Notes under the pieces: generated by a model
Told to the model about the DNA's origin: nothing
Database searches by the model: none
What the model saw: the letters and a program-made list of their open reading frames with translations, nothing else
IMG/VR virus record: IMGVR_UViG_3300045988_175974
Origin: a virus
Direction: 5' to 3' (one strand)
DNA length: 64,000 nt
Shown: positions 1 to 8,371 of the stretch, piece by piece
Layout of the letters: each line of letters starts with the position of its first letter
Position numbering within the stretch: the first letter of the stretch is position 1
Translations under genes and position numbers: made by a program

Positions 1-61
1 GAACTATACCCTTTGGTACCGAAAACTATACCCTTTGGTACCGAAAACTATACCCTTCGGT
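1..61. repeat. Three tandem copies of a ~21-22 bp direct repeat GAAAACTATACCCTTTGGTACC. The array may continue left of the window. Related copies lie at about 144-166 and 348-368.
   Basis: Read directly: 1-20, 21-42 and 43-61 are near-identical units. Confidence 0.8.
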
Positions 62-180
62 AAAAGACTTTAGTAAGAAGGTAAAATACTTTAGTAGGAT
101 TTTACCTCAAACTTGGCCACAGATGTAGTGACTTGTTTGTTCCAAAAACTATAACCCTTTTGTACCTTTTGGTACGAAAG

Positions 181-338
181 TCACTACATTTATGGCTAAG
201 TTTTCATCGTAACCATCAGAAAATGAGTCATTTAACCATTTGGTATAGTGAAGATTATATTGGCGTAACGTATTTCGTAGCACATAAATAGCTATAAATC
301 AATGTTTTACGACATAAACTTAGCCATAAATGTAGTGA
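181..338. repeat. Perfect 20-bp inverted repeat, TCACTACATTTATGGCTAAG (181-200) and its complement (319-338), flanking an AT-rich 118-bp spacer.
   Basis: Arms read directly. A partial third copy (ATGTAGTGA) lies at 123-131. Confidence 0.8.
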
Positions 339-408
339 GTTGGTACCGAAAACTATACCCTTCGGTACTATTTCGGTACCTCGTCGAGGTAAAAGACTTT
401 AGTAAGAT

Positions 409-483
409 TTTACCTCAATCTGACTTTTCGTTTACCTCAATCTGACTTTTCGTTTACCACAATCTGACTTTTCGTTTACCTGC
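409..483. repeat. 3.4 tandem copies of the 22-bp unit TTTACCTCAATCTGACTTTTCG. Candidate centromere (parS/parC-like) or iteron array.
   Basis: Units at 409-430, 431-452 and 453-474, with a partial unit at 475-483. The array is immediately downstream of the parA/RHH operon. Confidence 0.8.
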
Positions 484-530
484 ATTATCCGTTCTTGTGT
501 CTATCCAGATACTCGATAACGGATGCAGGG

Positions 531-1079
531 CTACATTACTCTATTTCGCTCCACGAACTCGTGTATCGCCTGCAAAGCCAATTCCTTGAGAGTCTTCTTC
601 TCAATCTTTTTCAGCATCATCAACTGGAAGTAATCTTCCATCGGAACGTTAACAACAATACCGTTGGTCGCACTCTTATCTCTTATAGCCGCCAAAGCCT
701 TGTTAGGAACTGGGGGTGTATCTGCAGACTCCGAACTTTCCTGAGTCTGCTGTGGTTCATCCTTTGGCTGTGCTGGTGCTTCCGGCTTTTCTTCCTTCAT
801 TTGCTCTGCCTGAGCCTCCGACTTTTCTTCCTTTGGCTGTTCTCTCTTTGGCTGCTCTTCTTTTTGCTGTTCTTCCTGCACATCTGGCTTAGGCTCCTCA
901 ACCTGCGGCTGAGACTCTTCCGGTTTCTGTTCCTTCACCTGCTCCTCGGTTTGCTCTTCCTGCTGCTGATTAGTATCAGGTGTAACAGGTACCAGAGGAG
1001 TACCACCCTGCTCTTTATCTTCACGAATAGACTCTGCGGTCTTCGCTACTTTCGTTTTTCCAAACTGAAATTTCGACAT
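531..1079 (-). CDS. ParG/omega-like ribbon-helix-helix centromere-binding protein with a long E/Q/K/P-rich disordered linker.
   Basis: The gene lies directly downstream of parA. The C-terminus GIVVNVPMEDYFQLMMLKKIEKKTLKELALQAIHEFVERN has a strand-helix-helix pattern. The central ~110 aa are low complexity. Confidence 0.5.
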   Translation of the reverse strand: MSKFQFGKTKVAKTAESIREDKEQGGTPLVPVTPDTNQQQEEQTEEQVKEQKPEESQPQVEEPKPDVQEEQQKEEQPKREQPKEEKSEAQAEQMKEEKPEAPAQPKDEPQQTQESSESADTPPVPNKALAAIRDKSATNGIVVNVPMEDYFQLMMLKKIEKKTLKELALQAIHEFVERNRVM

Positions 1080-1141
1080 AACTCTTTCTAAATCTATAAA
1101 TCCATAAAACCAGTAATAAATCTCATATACCCATAACGAGC

Positions 1142-1984
1142 CTACTGCTCGCTATAGGTATCAATAATCTCCTTGGCAAACGCTGCATAGCTTTGCGCTG
1201 CATCACATTCAGGAGCATAGGTAAAGATGTCCTGAATCATCGCCTGGGCTTCCACTATCTTGGTACGACGAGGAATTTCTGTCTTGAATACATAATCGCC
1301 ATACTCATCATCTACGTGCTTCGAGAACTCCACGCTTGCCTTGGTACGCTTATCCACCATCACTTTGAGCAAGCCGCGCAAATCGAGATTTGGATTGATT
1401 TCTGCCTTCACCTCTTCTGCCCATTTTATCACACTTGACGAACCGAAGGTAGGCAGGGCTTCCAACTGCATAGGGATGATGATGCCCGTAGCTACTGCCA
1501 TCGCATTCTTGGTAACGAGATTCATAGCCGGTGGGCAGTCGATGATGATATAGTCGAAGGCATCAATCACGCTCTGCTCGCCTCCCTGATCTTCTGGAAG
1601 AGATACAGGCAAGCCGAATATCTTAACCAATACCTTCAGCGGATTCAGCTCTCTCAACAGGAAAGGTTCTACGTTCAGCATATCCTCCGACGATGGGGCG
1701 ATATAGAGATTGCCGCCGTAGTCCTGATCACCTACCCTCACCTGATACACTGGGAGAGAAGTCTTGTTTACCAAAGCCTCATACATGGTACCGTGCTTGT
1801 CGGTGCGATCACGCCAGCCGCAAAGCAAGGACACGTTAGCAACCTGAGCATCCAGGTCAACAATCAACACACGAGAACCATTTTCTCTAATAAGACCACA
1901 TGCCAAATTGTGTGCAGTGGTGCTCTTTCCTACTCCGCCCTTGTCATTCACAATAGCAAGGACCTCCTTTAATTTTTCTGCCAT
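1142..1984 (-). CDS. parA: ParA/Soj-family partition ATPase.
   Basis: Deviant Walker A motif KGGVGKST near the N-terminus. The 280-aa size is typical of type Ib ParA. A DCPP Walker B-like segment is present. Confidence 0.85.
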   Translation of the reverse strand: MAEKLKEVLAIVNDKGGVGKSTTAHNLACGLIRENGSRVLIVDLDAQVANVSLLCGWRDRTDKHGTMYEALVNKTSLPVYQVRVGDQDYGGNLYIAPSSEDMLNVEPFLLRELNPLKVLVKIFGLPVSLPEDQGGEQSVIDAFDYIIIDCPPAMNLVTKNAMAVATGIIIPMQLEALPTFGSSSVIKWAEEVKAEINPNLDLRGLLKVMVDKRTKASVEFSKHVDDEYGDYVFKTEIPRRTKIVEAQAMIQDIFTYAPECDAAQSYAAFAKEIIDTYSEQ

Positions 1985-2348
1985 AGCCTATTCGATATTT
2001 TAAATTCTTAAATCTAGTGCAAAATTAATAAATATATCTCATACTACCAAACTTTTTATTCTAAAAAACAAACTTAGGTACGTATTTTAATATTTATTTA
2101 TATATCTACATACCAATTTATCTATTTATCTACCAATTTACGTACATAAGAATATATGTAGGTAAATACATAGATAAGTAAGAATGAACGTAATTAAGTA
2201 TGTAAATAGATAGATAAAAATGAACGTAAATAAATAAAAACATAAATAGATAGATATATAAATAAGAAAGTACAAACGTATCTATGTACGTATGAAAGTA
2301 CAAAAGTACGAATATACATTTCGTCCACCTTATAATATATATATATAA
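1985..2348. promoter_or_regulatory. Very AT-rich repeat-laden region upstream of parA. Candidate par promoter/operator or origin-associated DNA.
   Basis: Repeated TAAATAGATAGAT, GAATGAACGTAA and AAGTACAAA motifs. No credible ORF. Confidence 0.35.
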
Positions 2349-2382
2349 ATCGCCTGGATATTACAAGCAATACCCAGGCGAT
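2349..2382 (-). terminator. Intrinsic terminator-like hairpin after the lipoprotein gene.
   Basis: ATCGCCTGG (2349-2357) pairs with CCAGGCGAT (2374-2382). A T/A-rich tract follows in the minus sense. Confidence 0.55.
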
Positions 2383-2393
2383 CATCCTATTTT

Positions 2394-3383
2394 TTATATC
2401 TCATAGTCATTCCCCTCACTATTCCAGGCATCCTCTACCGTTACGCTCACCCCCTTCTGGTGATGATAGAAGCTGCCGGAGATGGTCGTAATCTTATTAC
2501 GCTCCAGCTTTACGTCAGGTACTAATATATCGGCATACGGCTTATCGCTACCTTTTCTGCCCACTAGGAAGGAAACATCAGACGTATATCCTTCTGCTGG
2601 CACCAGCACATAATAGGCGATACTTTTATTCTGCTTGCCCGCATTCACGGAAGCATCATAGACTCTCTGATTTTTCGCTGCCTCAGTTACATCAAAGGTC
2701 TGCCACGCAAAAGCCTTGTATTCGTCCAGACTGGTAGTAATATCCCCGGCATCATCAGGATATACATCTGTAGGCGCTACCACAAGCTGCGCCACGATTC
2801 TATCCAGCGCAATGCTTGCCGACTGCTTGCCCACTCCCACCGTAATATCCTGCACCGCTCCGAAAGTATCCGAAGTCTTGGCAGAGGTCAGTACTGCCGG
2901 AAGACTCTCGCCAACTGTCGTGAGCACATTATCACTCACAGCCCAGTCAGCACCCCCGGCATCCAGCAGGGTAGGGGAGACGCTTCTGGTGGCAATCACT
3001 TTTAGGGTGTGCTCGCCATAATCGAGGGTCAGATCCGGCTCGGCAAAGTCCTCGGCATCGCTCGTCTGGTGGAGCACCTGCAGCAGGGTTCCCGTCTCCT
3101 TGTCGTAGTCGAAAATAAAGAGATCAGTAAGCACCTTGCCTTCTGCGGTGAGGGCCGCACGGGTAAGGGCAGGGGATGAAGATGCCTTGCGGCTCTGCAT
3201 CGTAGAGGAAGAAACGGAAAGGGTAGGGGAGATGGATAGCTTCACGTGTCCCTTTGCTTTTACCGCAGTCTGCTGACCGTTCTCAGGGTTCAACACTCCA
3301 TCGCTTTGGGCGCAAGAGCCGAAGCCCGCACTCGCTGCCATCATCAGTAAGGTGGTGGCAAATAAAAACATTCTAGTTTTCAT
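2394..3383 (-). CDS. Lipoprotein (329 aa from ATG 3383), possibly fimbrillin/Mfa-like beta-rich fold.
   Basis: Signal peptide MKTRMFLFATTLLMMAASAGFGSC with a lipobox Cys. The TTG start at 3434 in the ORF track lies inside a hairpin and is unlikely. Confidence 0.6.
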   Translation of the reverse strand: MKTRMFLFATTLLMMAASAGFGSCAQSDGVLNPENGQQTAVKAKGHVKLSISPTLSVSSSTMQSRKASSSPALTRAALTAEGKVLTDLFIFDYDKETGTLLQVLHQTSDAEDFAEPDLTLDYGEHTLKVIATRSVSPTLLDAGGADWAVSDNVLTTVGESLPAVLTSAKTSDTFGAVQDITVGVGKQSASIALDRIVAQLVVAPTDVYPDDAGDITTSLDEYKAFAWQTFDVTEAAKNQRVYDASVNAGKQNKSIAYYVLVPAEGYTSDVSFLVGRKGSDKPYADILVPDVKLERNKITTISGSFYHHQKGVSVTVEDAWNSEGNDYEI

Positions 3384-3533
3384 AAGCCAAAAATTTAAAA
3401 GGTTTGAGTTTATAATTTTGTCGCAGCAGGGCAAAATCCGTGGATTTTCCCTGCTGCTATAATAATTGTTCCATAATGTATATCTAAATAACGCAAAGGG
3501 TGCAGGAATATTACACCCCTTGCGATATTTTTT

Positions 3534-3656
3534 CTACTTGAATGCTCCAGCCAGAAGTGGCAGGAAGAACACTGCCACACCGATGGTAGAGAAGAGCAGC
3601 ACGGCTACACCTACGAAGGCGAGGGCTGCAAGGGAATAAGTAATTGCTTTCTTCAT
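3534..3656 (-). CDS. 40-aa hydrophobic membrane peptide MKKAITYSLAALAFVGVAVLLFSTIGVAVFFLPLLAGAFK.
   Basis: Hand-translated; too short for the ORF track. It shares a 22-bp upstream motif with the lipoprotein gene. Confidence 0.35.
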   Translation of the reverse strand: MKKAITYSLAALAFVGVAVLLFSTIGVAVFFLPLLAGAFK

Positions 3657-3730
3657 AATGCTATAATCTTTAAATGTATTAAAATTAAAGTTTATAATTT
3701 TGTCGCAGCATTAGTGATGTTCCACCGATG

Positions 3731-3916
3731 TTATAACGAAGACTTCTTCTGCGCCTGTAAGGTCGCAGCCTTGATAGCGCGGAAGGTCTCTGTAACATAT
3801 CTACTGCCTCCATGCTTCCTGATCCAGTCGTGAACGTCATCGGGCACCACATATTTGTGGACGCTGCCCTCTGCTGCTGGTCTGCCTTTCTTATTTGATG
3901 TTTTGATATTCTCCAT
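3731..3916 (-). CDS. Small basic protein of unknown function (61 aa, starts MENIK).
   Basis: ORF co-oriented with its neighbours. The N-terminus MENIK is shared with the next gene upstream. Confidence 0.45.
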   Translation of the reverse strand: MENIKTSNKKGRPAAEGSVHKYVVPDDVHDWIRKHGGSRYVTETFRAIKAATLQAQKKSSL

Positions 3917-3953
3917 TTTCTTTGTGAATTTAAGAAGTTACTATAAATATCTT

Positions 3954-4427
3954 TTATTTATCTTCATTCTCTATCTGCTCCAGCTTCATATATACCAGCG
4001 TATTCTTGTCGTAATACTGGCGAGGAGCAGCACAGGAATAATACTGGTTCTCACTCTCCTTGATACATAGCGCTGCATCTACGATACGTTTGCCGAAGCT
4101 TTTCAGGGCATGAGTCTTGCCGATGATGATAATACCAGACTGGTACACCTTACGAACCTCGACAGCAAAACGATGCAGGGCAGCTTTTGTATTCTTCTCC
4201 TCCTTCATTACCTTCTCCAATACTTTCAGGTGATCAGCAGGACGTGGGTTTCTGCGCAGCTCGACAATACCCTTCTTTTTGTAATTGATGCAGACGGAAT
4301 ACTCGCCAGGCTTCAACTTATCCAGATGAGCCTCCAGCAGGTCGTAACGCTGGAGCACATCACGGGGAGCGATGCTGATACTATCTTTCGTGGCGGAAGA
4401 TTCCGCCTGATTCTTAATATTCTCCAT
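3954..4427 (-). CDS. Hypothetical protein (157 aa from ATG 4427, starts MENIK).
   Basis: The ORF-track start is a TTG at 4472. The ATG at 4427 is preceded by a conserved 26-nt leader motif. Confidence 0.5.
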   Translation of the reverse strand: MENIKNQAESSATKDSISIAPRDVLQRYDLLEAHLDKLKPGEYSVCINYKKKGIVELRRNPRPADHLKVLEKVMKEEKNTKAALHRFAVEVRKVYQSGIIIIGKTHALKSFGKRIVDAALCIKESENQYYSCAAPRQYYDKNTLVYMKLEQIENEDK

Positions 4428-4478
4428 AAAAATCCGCTTCGCCGTGCTGCGGTAGGGCTGAAATATACACAAAACTTT

Positions 4479-5045
4479 TTATCTCCAATAAAGCACTACA
4501 TCTTCGTCTGTCCAGTAACGGTGGCGGCAACCTATTAGATAAGCGGCTATTTTCTCGTCTCCGCTCGCTATACGAAAACCTTCAAAAAGGTCTTCAAAAC
4601 ATATAAGACCGTCGCAGGAATCCTCAACAATCGGTTTTTTACCTTTGTATGTGATTGTAAGATCAACCGTCCCGTCCTTATATGCGTGTTCGTGAAATTT
4701 CACGTCATCGTCGTTCAGATCTTCCAGTTCCTCTTCTGCTTTCGGTCCGAAAGCGTCAAGATACTTGGCACTACATTCGATATACTCGCTTTCTTCCAGC
4801 TCCTTGAAATAGAAAGTGCCACCAGATTCCGTAGGCAATACGTCACCGCAAACGGCATATTGCTTACCTGTTGAAGTACTGAACATAATGTCAGCCCAAA
4901 CGCCTGAATCTTCGTCTTCATACTTTAATCCGAGGATGTCTTCCGCCTCGCTTGCGTACTCGTTGCAATCTCCCACTTCGTTCAAGATTCCGAAAGGTTG
5001 AGAGAAGTTACTGCTGCAAATATCGGAATTATTTACTGTAATCAT
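4479..5045 (-). CDS. Strongly acidic hypothetical protein (188 aa).
   Basis: Long ORF rich in D/E. It has the same 26-nt leader motif 9 nt upstream of its ATG. Confidence 0.55.
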   Translation of the reverse strand: MITVNNSDICSSNFSQPFGILNEVGDCNEYASEAEDILGLKYEDEDSGVWADIMFSTSTGKQYAVCGDVLPTESGGTFYFKELEESEYIECSAKYLDAFGPKAEEELEDLNDDDVKFHEHAYKDGTVDLTITYKGKKPIVEDSCDGLICFEDLFEGFRIASGDEKIAAYLIGCRHRYWTDEDVVLYWR

Positions 5046-5126
5046 AAGAAATTCGCTTCACCGTGCTGCGATAGGGCTGTTAATATCTTAAAATTCTATA
5101 ATAATTCGGGTGAAATGATACACCGT

Positions 5127-5148
5127 ATTGTTTTATTTCTTAAATTTG
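5127..5148 (+). promoter_or_regulatory. Candidate plus-strand Bacteroidota promoter (-7 box TAAATTTG at 5141-5148; weak -33 ATTG at 5127-5130).
   Basis: TAnnTTTG match read directly in an otherwise gene-free 315-bp gap. Confidence 0.35.
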
Positions 5149-5329
5149 CACTCGTCTTCGGAAGGCTTTTAATCGTACCTTTATGGATATTGATTCAATC
5201 GAACCTTTATGGAATAGAAAGAAAAATAAAACTTCCGTTGACGGTCAGACTCTTCAAAGTCTGCGGATTTAAACGCTCTTATAGAGCCAAATTTCTACTA
5301 TAGTAGATTCGAGCCGGAAGGCTCGCGGT

Positions 5330-5354
5330 GCCCCGGCTTCGGTCGGGGCTTTTT
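5330..5354 (+). terminator. Plus-strand intrinsic terminator: GCCCCG, 8-nt loop, CGGGGC, then TTTTT.
   Basis: Stem 5330-5335 pairs with 5344-5349, followed by a T-run at 5350-5354. In the minus sense no U-tract follows. Confidence 0.5.
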
Positions 5355-5360
5355 CGTGAT

Positions 5361-5684
5361 TTACTTCATTTTTACATTTATTGTACTAATAACATATCGC
5401 CATGTAGAACAATCTTTTTTACTACCAAGAAGCTCCGAAAACAGATCATCAAACGTTCTATAAAGATAAATCATACCTTCATCCAAGTCAACTAAGTGTC
5501 TTTTTAAAAGACCCATAAGACGGGTTTTATCCAATCGCTCAACCATCCAATCTTGACACCAGGATAAGTCACTATCATGTCTCAATATGTAATCGCAAAG
5601 AGGTTCAAATGCTCCAAAATATTCAGTACCAAACAAATTCTGACCGCTTTTCATGTCCTGTACTTCAACTTTATAAATAAGCAT
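5361..5684 (-). CDS. Hypothetical protein (107 aa).
   Basis: ATG-initiated ORF co-oriented with its neighbours. Confidence 0.5.
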   Translation of the reverse strand: MLIYKVEVQDMKSGQNLFGTEYFGAFEPLCDYILRHDSDLSWCQDWMVERLDKTRLMGLLKRHLVDLDEGMIYLYRTFDDLFSELLGSKKDCSTWRYVISTINVKMK

Positions 5685-5724
5685 ATCTTATGACTTAACC
5701 GTGATGTCGAGGGCTGAATGATTA

Positions 5725-6252
5725 TTACTTAAAATCTACACCTTTGAGCGGATCATTATCGCCGCCGTTCTCAATCTCGATACCTTCCGGCTTTTCCAGA
5801 AGGAGCTTTCTTGTCGCCTCCAGCATCATAATGGTGTGGATGGTGGCCTGCCTTGCGTGATAGTCTGAGCCGGCATCATCCACATACTGCTTATTCATGC
5901 GGACCAGCGTATTCAGAAAGTCAGCACACTCCTCGCGACTCGGATTGTTCACGTGAACCTCGCAGGTAACAGCCTTCAGAAAGTACTCCATACCCTTTTT
6001 CAGCAAGGTTCTTATTCTGCCCGTATCAGGATGCAGCCCTATCATCTGGTGAATCTTGATTCTCAGGCTGCACCCACGGCGAGGGAAGCCGATGCGGTAA
6101 TCATCGCCCACCTCCTCCTTTTCCTCGTCGATGTAATCTACCTTTGCAATAAAACCGCAATCCTTATCAGTACAGACGAGGAAGTCACACTCACCGCGCT
6201 TGTGATTTCGCAGCGTGTCTATAATAAACAGTGGAATTTCTCTTTTTGCCAT
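5725..6252 (-). CDS. Hypothetical protein (175 aa).
   Basis: ATG-initiated ORF, tightly packed with its neighbours. Confidence 0.55.
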   Translation of the reverse strand: MAKREIPLFIIDTLRNHKRGECDFLVCTDKDCGFIAKVDYIDEEKEEVGDDYRIGFPRRGCSLRIKIHQMIGLHPDTGRIRTLLKKGMEYFLKAVTCEVHVNNPSREECADFLNTLVRMNKQYVDDAGSDYHARQATIHTIMMLEATRKLLLEKPEGIEIENGGDNDPLKGVDFK

Positions 6253-6265
6253 ATCTCCAAGTATT

Positions 6266-6490
6266 TTATGATTCTTTGTAGAGCTGACAATACAGCTCCG
6301 ATCTCATGCGCTTGATATAAAAGACTACTTCGCCCGGTGCAGGCTGATAGTCTGACTTTACAAACATCGCATTCTCGCCGTCTGTGGCTACATACTTCTC
6401 CATCCCGAAGGTATTTTTCGGGATGCTACCCTCATAGTAGCTTTTGGCTACAGAGGATAGTTGCAAGGGTGATAATATCATTTTTTCCAT
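6266..6490 (-). CDS. Hypothetical protein (74 aa).
   Basis: ORF filling the gap between neighbouring genes. Confidence 0.45.
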   Translation of the reverse strand: MEKMILSPLQLSSVAKSYYEGSIPKNTFGMEKYVATDGENAMFVKSDYQPAPGEVVFYIKRMRSELYCQLYKES

Positions 6491-6514
6491 ATTCTATAAA
6501 TAATATATATGATT

Positions 6515-7882
6515 CTACAATTTGTTCATAACGTAACGGATAACACGCTCGGTATATTCCTCAAGACCGAATTTCTTGCCATACTTGCGAAGGTCGGCAA
6601 GTGAAATCTCGGTGGCCTCGTGACCGATGGCAGCCTCGTAGCGGTTTTTGAAGTTCTGAGTACCTGGGCGACAGTTGCCGGAAGCCAAAGACTCTTCAAA
6701 GGTGAACATGTGATTTCCTAACTTCTGATAAACGAGCTGCTCTTTGCTTCTGGCATTCAGCAGACTAAGAGCCTGCTTGTTTCGTTTCTCCGCATTGATA
6801 CGCTGTGCCTCCTTCAAAGATTTAGCTACGATGTGCTCACCCCTTACCAGGAAGCCCTTCACGGTCTTAATATCAGTGATAGCCTTGCCCTGCTCAATCC
6901 ATTCGCAAGCCACGCCCTGGCGCTTGATTTCGCCTCGTACAAAGGTAATCAGACCGCCCACCTCGTAGATGGAATATCCCTTCTTCAGATTCAGGGTGAA
7001 GGAACGGCGCACCATAGTGAATTTGCATCTTTTGCTATATCCGTCGTAATCGTAAGACTCGCTGCACTCTACTCCATTCTTATCGCTGATATGAGCATTA
7101 AGGGTACCGATATTCTTTCCTGTATTCAGCAGAGATATAACCATATCAAAATTAACGGGACCTAAATTATCACAGATACAGATCTGAGCATTGATATAAG
7201 CCAGCTCCTTGGCTCTCGCTTTCGCAGCTTTCTTCGCTGCCTTCTCTTCCTCCTTCTTCTCTGCTGCTTTACGTGCAAGCATATCCAGATACTCGTTTTC
7301 GTTGGCAAGACTGTTCTTTTCCAGATACTTCTTGAATGCCCTCTCAGCGAAACCGATATACTTGTGAACCTTGGCTGCACGTTTGATTGCATCCTTCTCG
7401 CACTCACCGATACGGATAGAACCACCCAGGAACTCCACCTCATTTTTGCCCTTCAAGTAGTCTGTACAACGCATCCAGGTAGCGCAAGCTACGGAAACGG
7501 AAGAAATCACGTAGTTATTGATGCAGCAGTGCTTATAATCGTTCTTGCGCTTATAAGCCTTCTCGATGTCAGCGAGGAAGTTTGGGGCGATGATGAAGAA
7601 CTCATCAGCATTGAAATCTACAGGCGCATTCTCTTTTACGAAATAACTTCTGAAATAAAACTCACGCTCGGTATATACATCCATCTTATAACTATCCGCA
7701 AGCGGAAGATTAAAAAAGCAGCAGGAAGCAACGCCCCAGCGAACACGCTCATCCATACCAAAAGGATGGATAGATACCTCACGCCCCTTGTGCTCGTCTG
7801 CCTCGTCAAATCTGAACGAACCAAAGCATACGTCAGCGTCTTCACGAACTCTGTTCTTAAACTCCTTGAAAGTGATAATCAT
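6515..7882 (-). CDS. Hypothetical protein (455 aa) with a central K/E/A-rich coiled segment.
   Basis: Long ORF. A TAnnTTTG box (TACCTTTG, plus coordinates 7975-7982) lies upstream. Confidence 0.6.
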   Translation of the reverse strand: MIITFKEFKNRVREDADVCFGSFRFDEADEHKGREVSIHPFGMDERVRWGVASCCFFNLPLADSYKMDVYTEREFYFRSYFVKENAPVDFNADEFFIIAPNFLADIEKAYKRKNDYKHCCINNYVISSVSVACATWMRCTDYLKGKNEVEFLGGSIRIGECEKDAIKRAAKVHKYIGFAERAFKKYLEKNSLANENEYLDMLARKAAEKKEEEKAAKKAAKARAKELAYINAQICICDNLGPVNFDMVISLLNTGKNIGTLNAHISDKNGVECSESYDYDGYSKRCKFTMVRRSFTLNLKKGYSIYEVGGLITFVRGEIKRQGVACEWIEQGKAITDIKTVKGFLVRGEHIVAKSLKEAQRINAEKRNKQALSLLNARSKEQLVYQKLGNHMFTFEESLASGNCRPGTQNFKNRYEAAIGHEATEISLADLRKYGKKFGLEEYTERVIRYVMNKL

Positions 7883-8104
7883 ATTCTCTGCTCATGCCCT
7901 TGAGACTTATTTGGCTATCTGGCACAGCCGGTTATTATTATTGTTTTTATTTATCTTCTTGTTTTTATCTGATGCAAAGGTACAAAGAATTTCTGAAACC
8001 ACAAAATAAAATGCACTTTAATTACGTATTTAGGTGCATTTTTAACGTTTATTTTATTTGCAAAGTAAATTCTCGCCACCTTTTTATCTTCTTTTCTTCT
8101 CTTG

Positions 8105-8166
8105 TCGCCCACCAGGGATTCGGACCCTGAAGGATGAAGCATATCATCCTCGGCCAACCATAGGCG
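8105..8166 (-). other. 62-nt tRNA-like element: acceptor-like and T-arm-like stems, no D-arm, non-canonical loops.
   Basis: Minus strand reads CGCCTAT...GGATGA-TATGCT-TCATCC...CAGGG-TCCGAAT-CCCTG-GTGGGCG-A. It is too short and too atypical for a functional tRNA. Confidence 0.3.
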
Positions 8167-8371
8167 AAATTGCTGCTGCTATCCTCCCGGACCGCAGACA
8201 GCTTTTATAGTAAACTTAAAACAAATGCGGACGCTTCCGCCAAACAATTAAAATCTTAAAGTTATGTTTAAAATAACGCACCCTGCCGTGGTGTCGCTCC
8301 ACGCTTGCCGGTCTGCCGGACGGGGTAGGGGAAGGCTCTCAGGCTTCCCCTGTATGAATGATGGGGCATCA

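Noticed and set aside
409-483. Tandem 22-bp repeats considered as a possible CRISPR array.
   Set aside because: The units abut directly with no unique spacers, the repeat is short, and there are only ~3.4 copies. It fits an iteron or centromere array next to parA.
495-1091. 198-aa plus-strand ORF opposite the RHH/ParG-like gene.
   Set aside because: Its L/F/W-rich repetitive translation is the antisense image of the E/Q/K-rich linker. The minus-strand ORF has the operon context with parA.
2194-2385. 63-aa minus ORF in the AT-rich region upstream of parA.
   Set aside because: Its translation (I/Y/F/L-rich) reflects AT-rich repeats, and it overlaps the terminator hairpin. The region is more likely regulatory DNA.
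7951-8157. 68-aa minus ORF (TTG start) covering the tRNA-like element.
   Set aside because: It uses a non-ATG start and its composition is not protein-like. It coincides with structured non-coding sequence.
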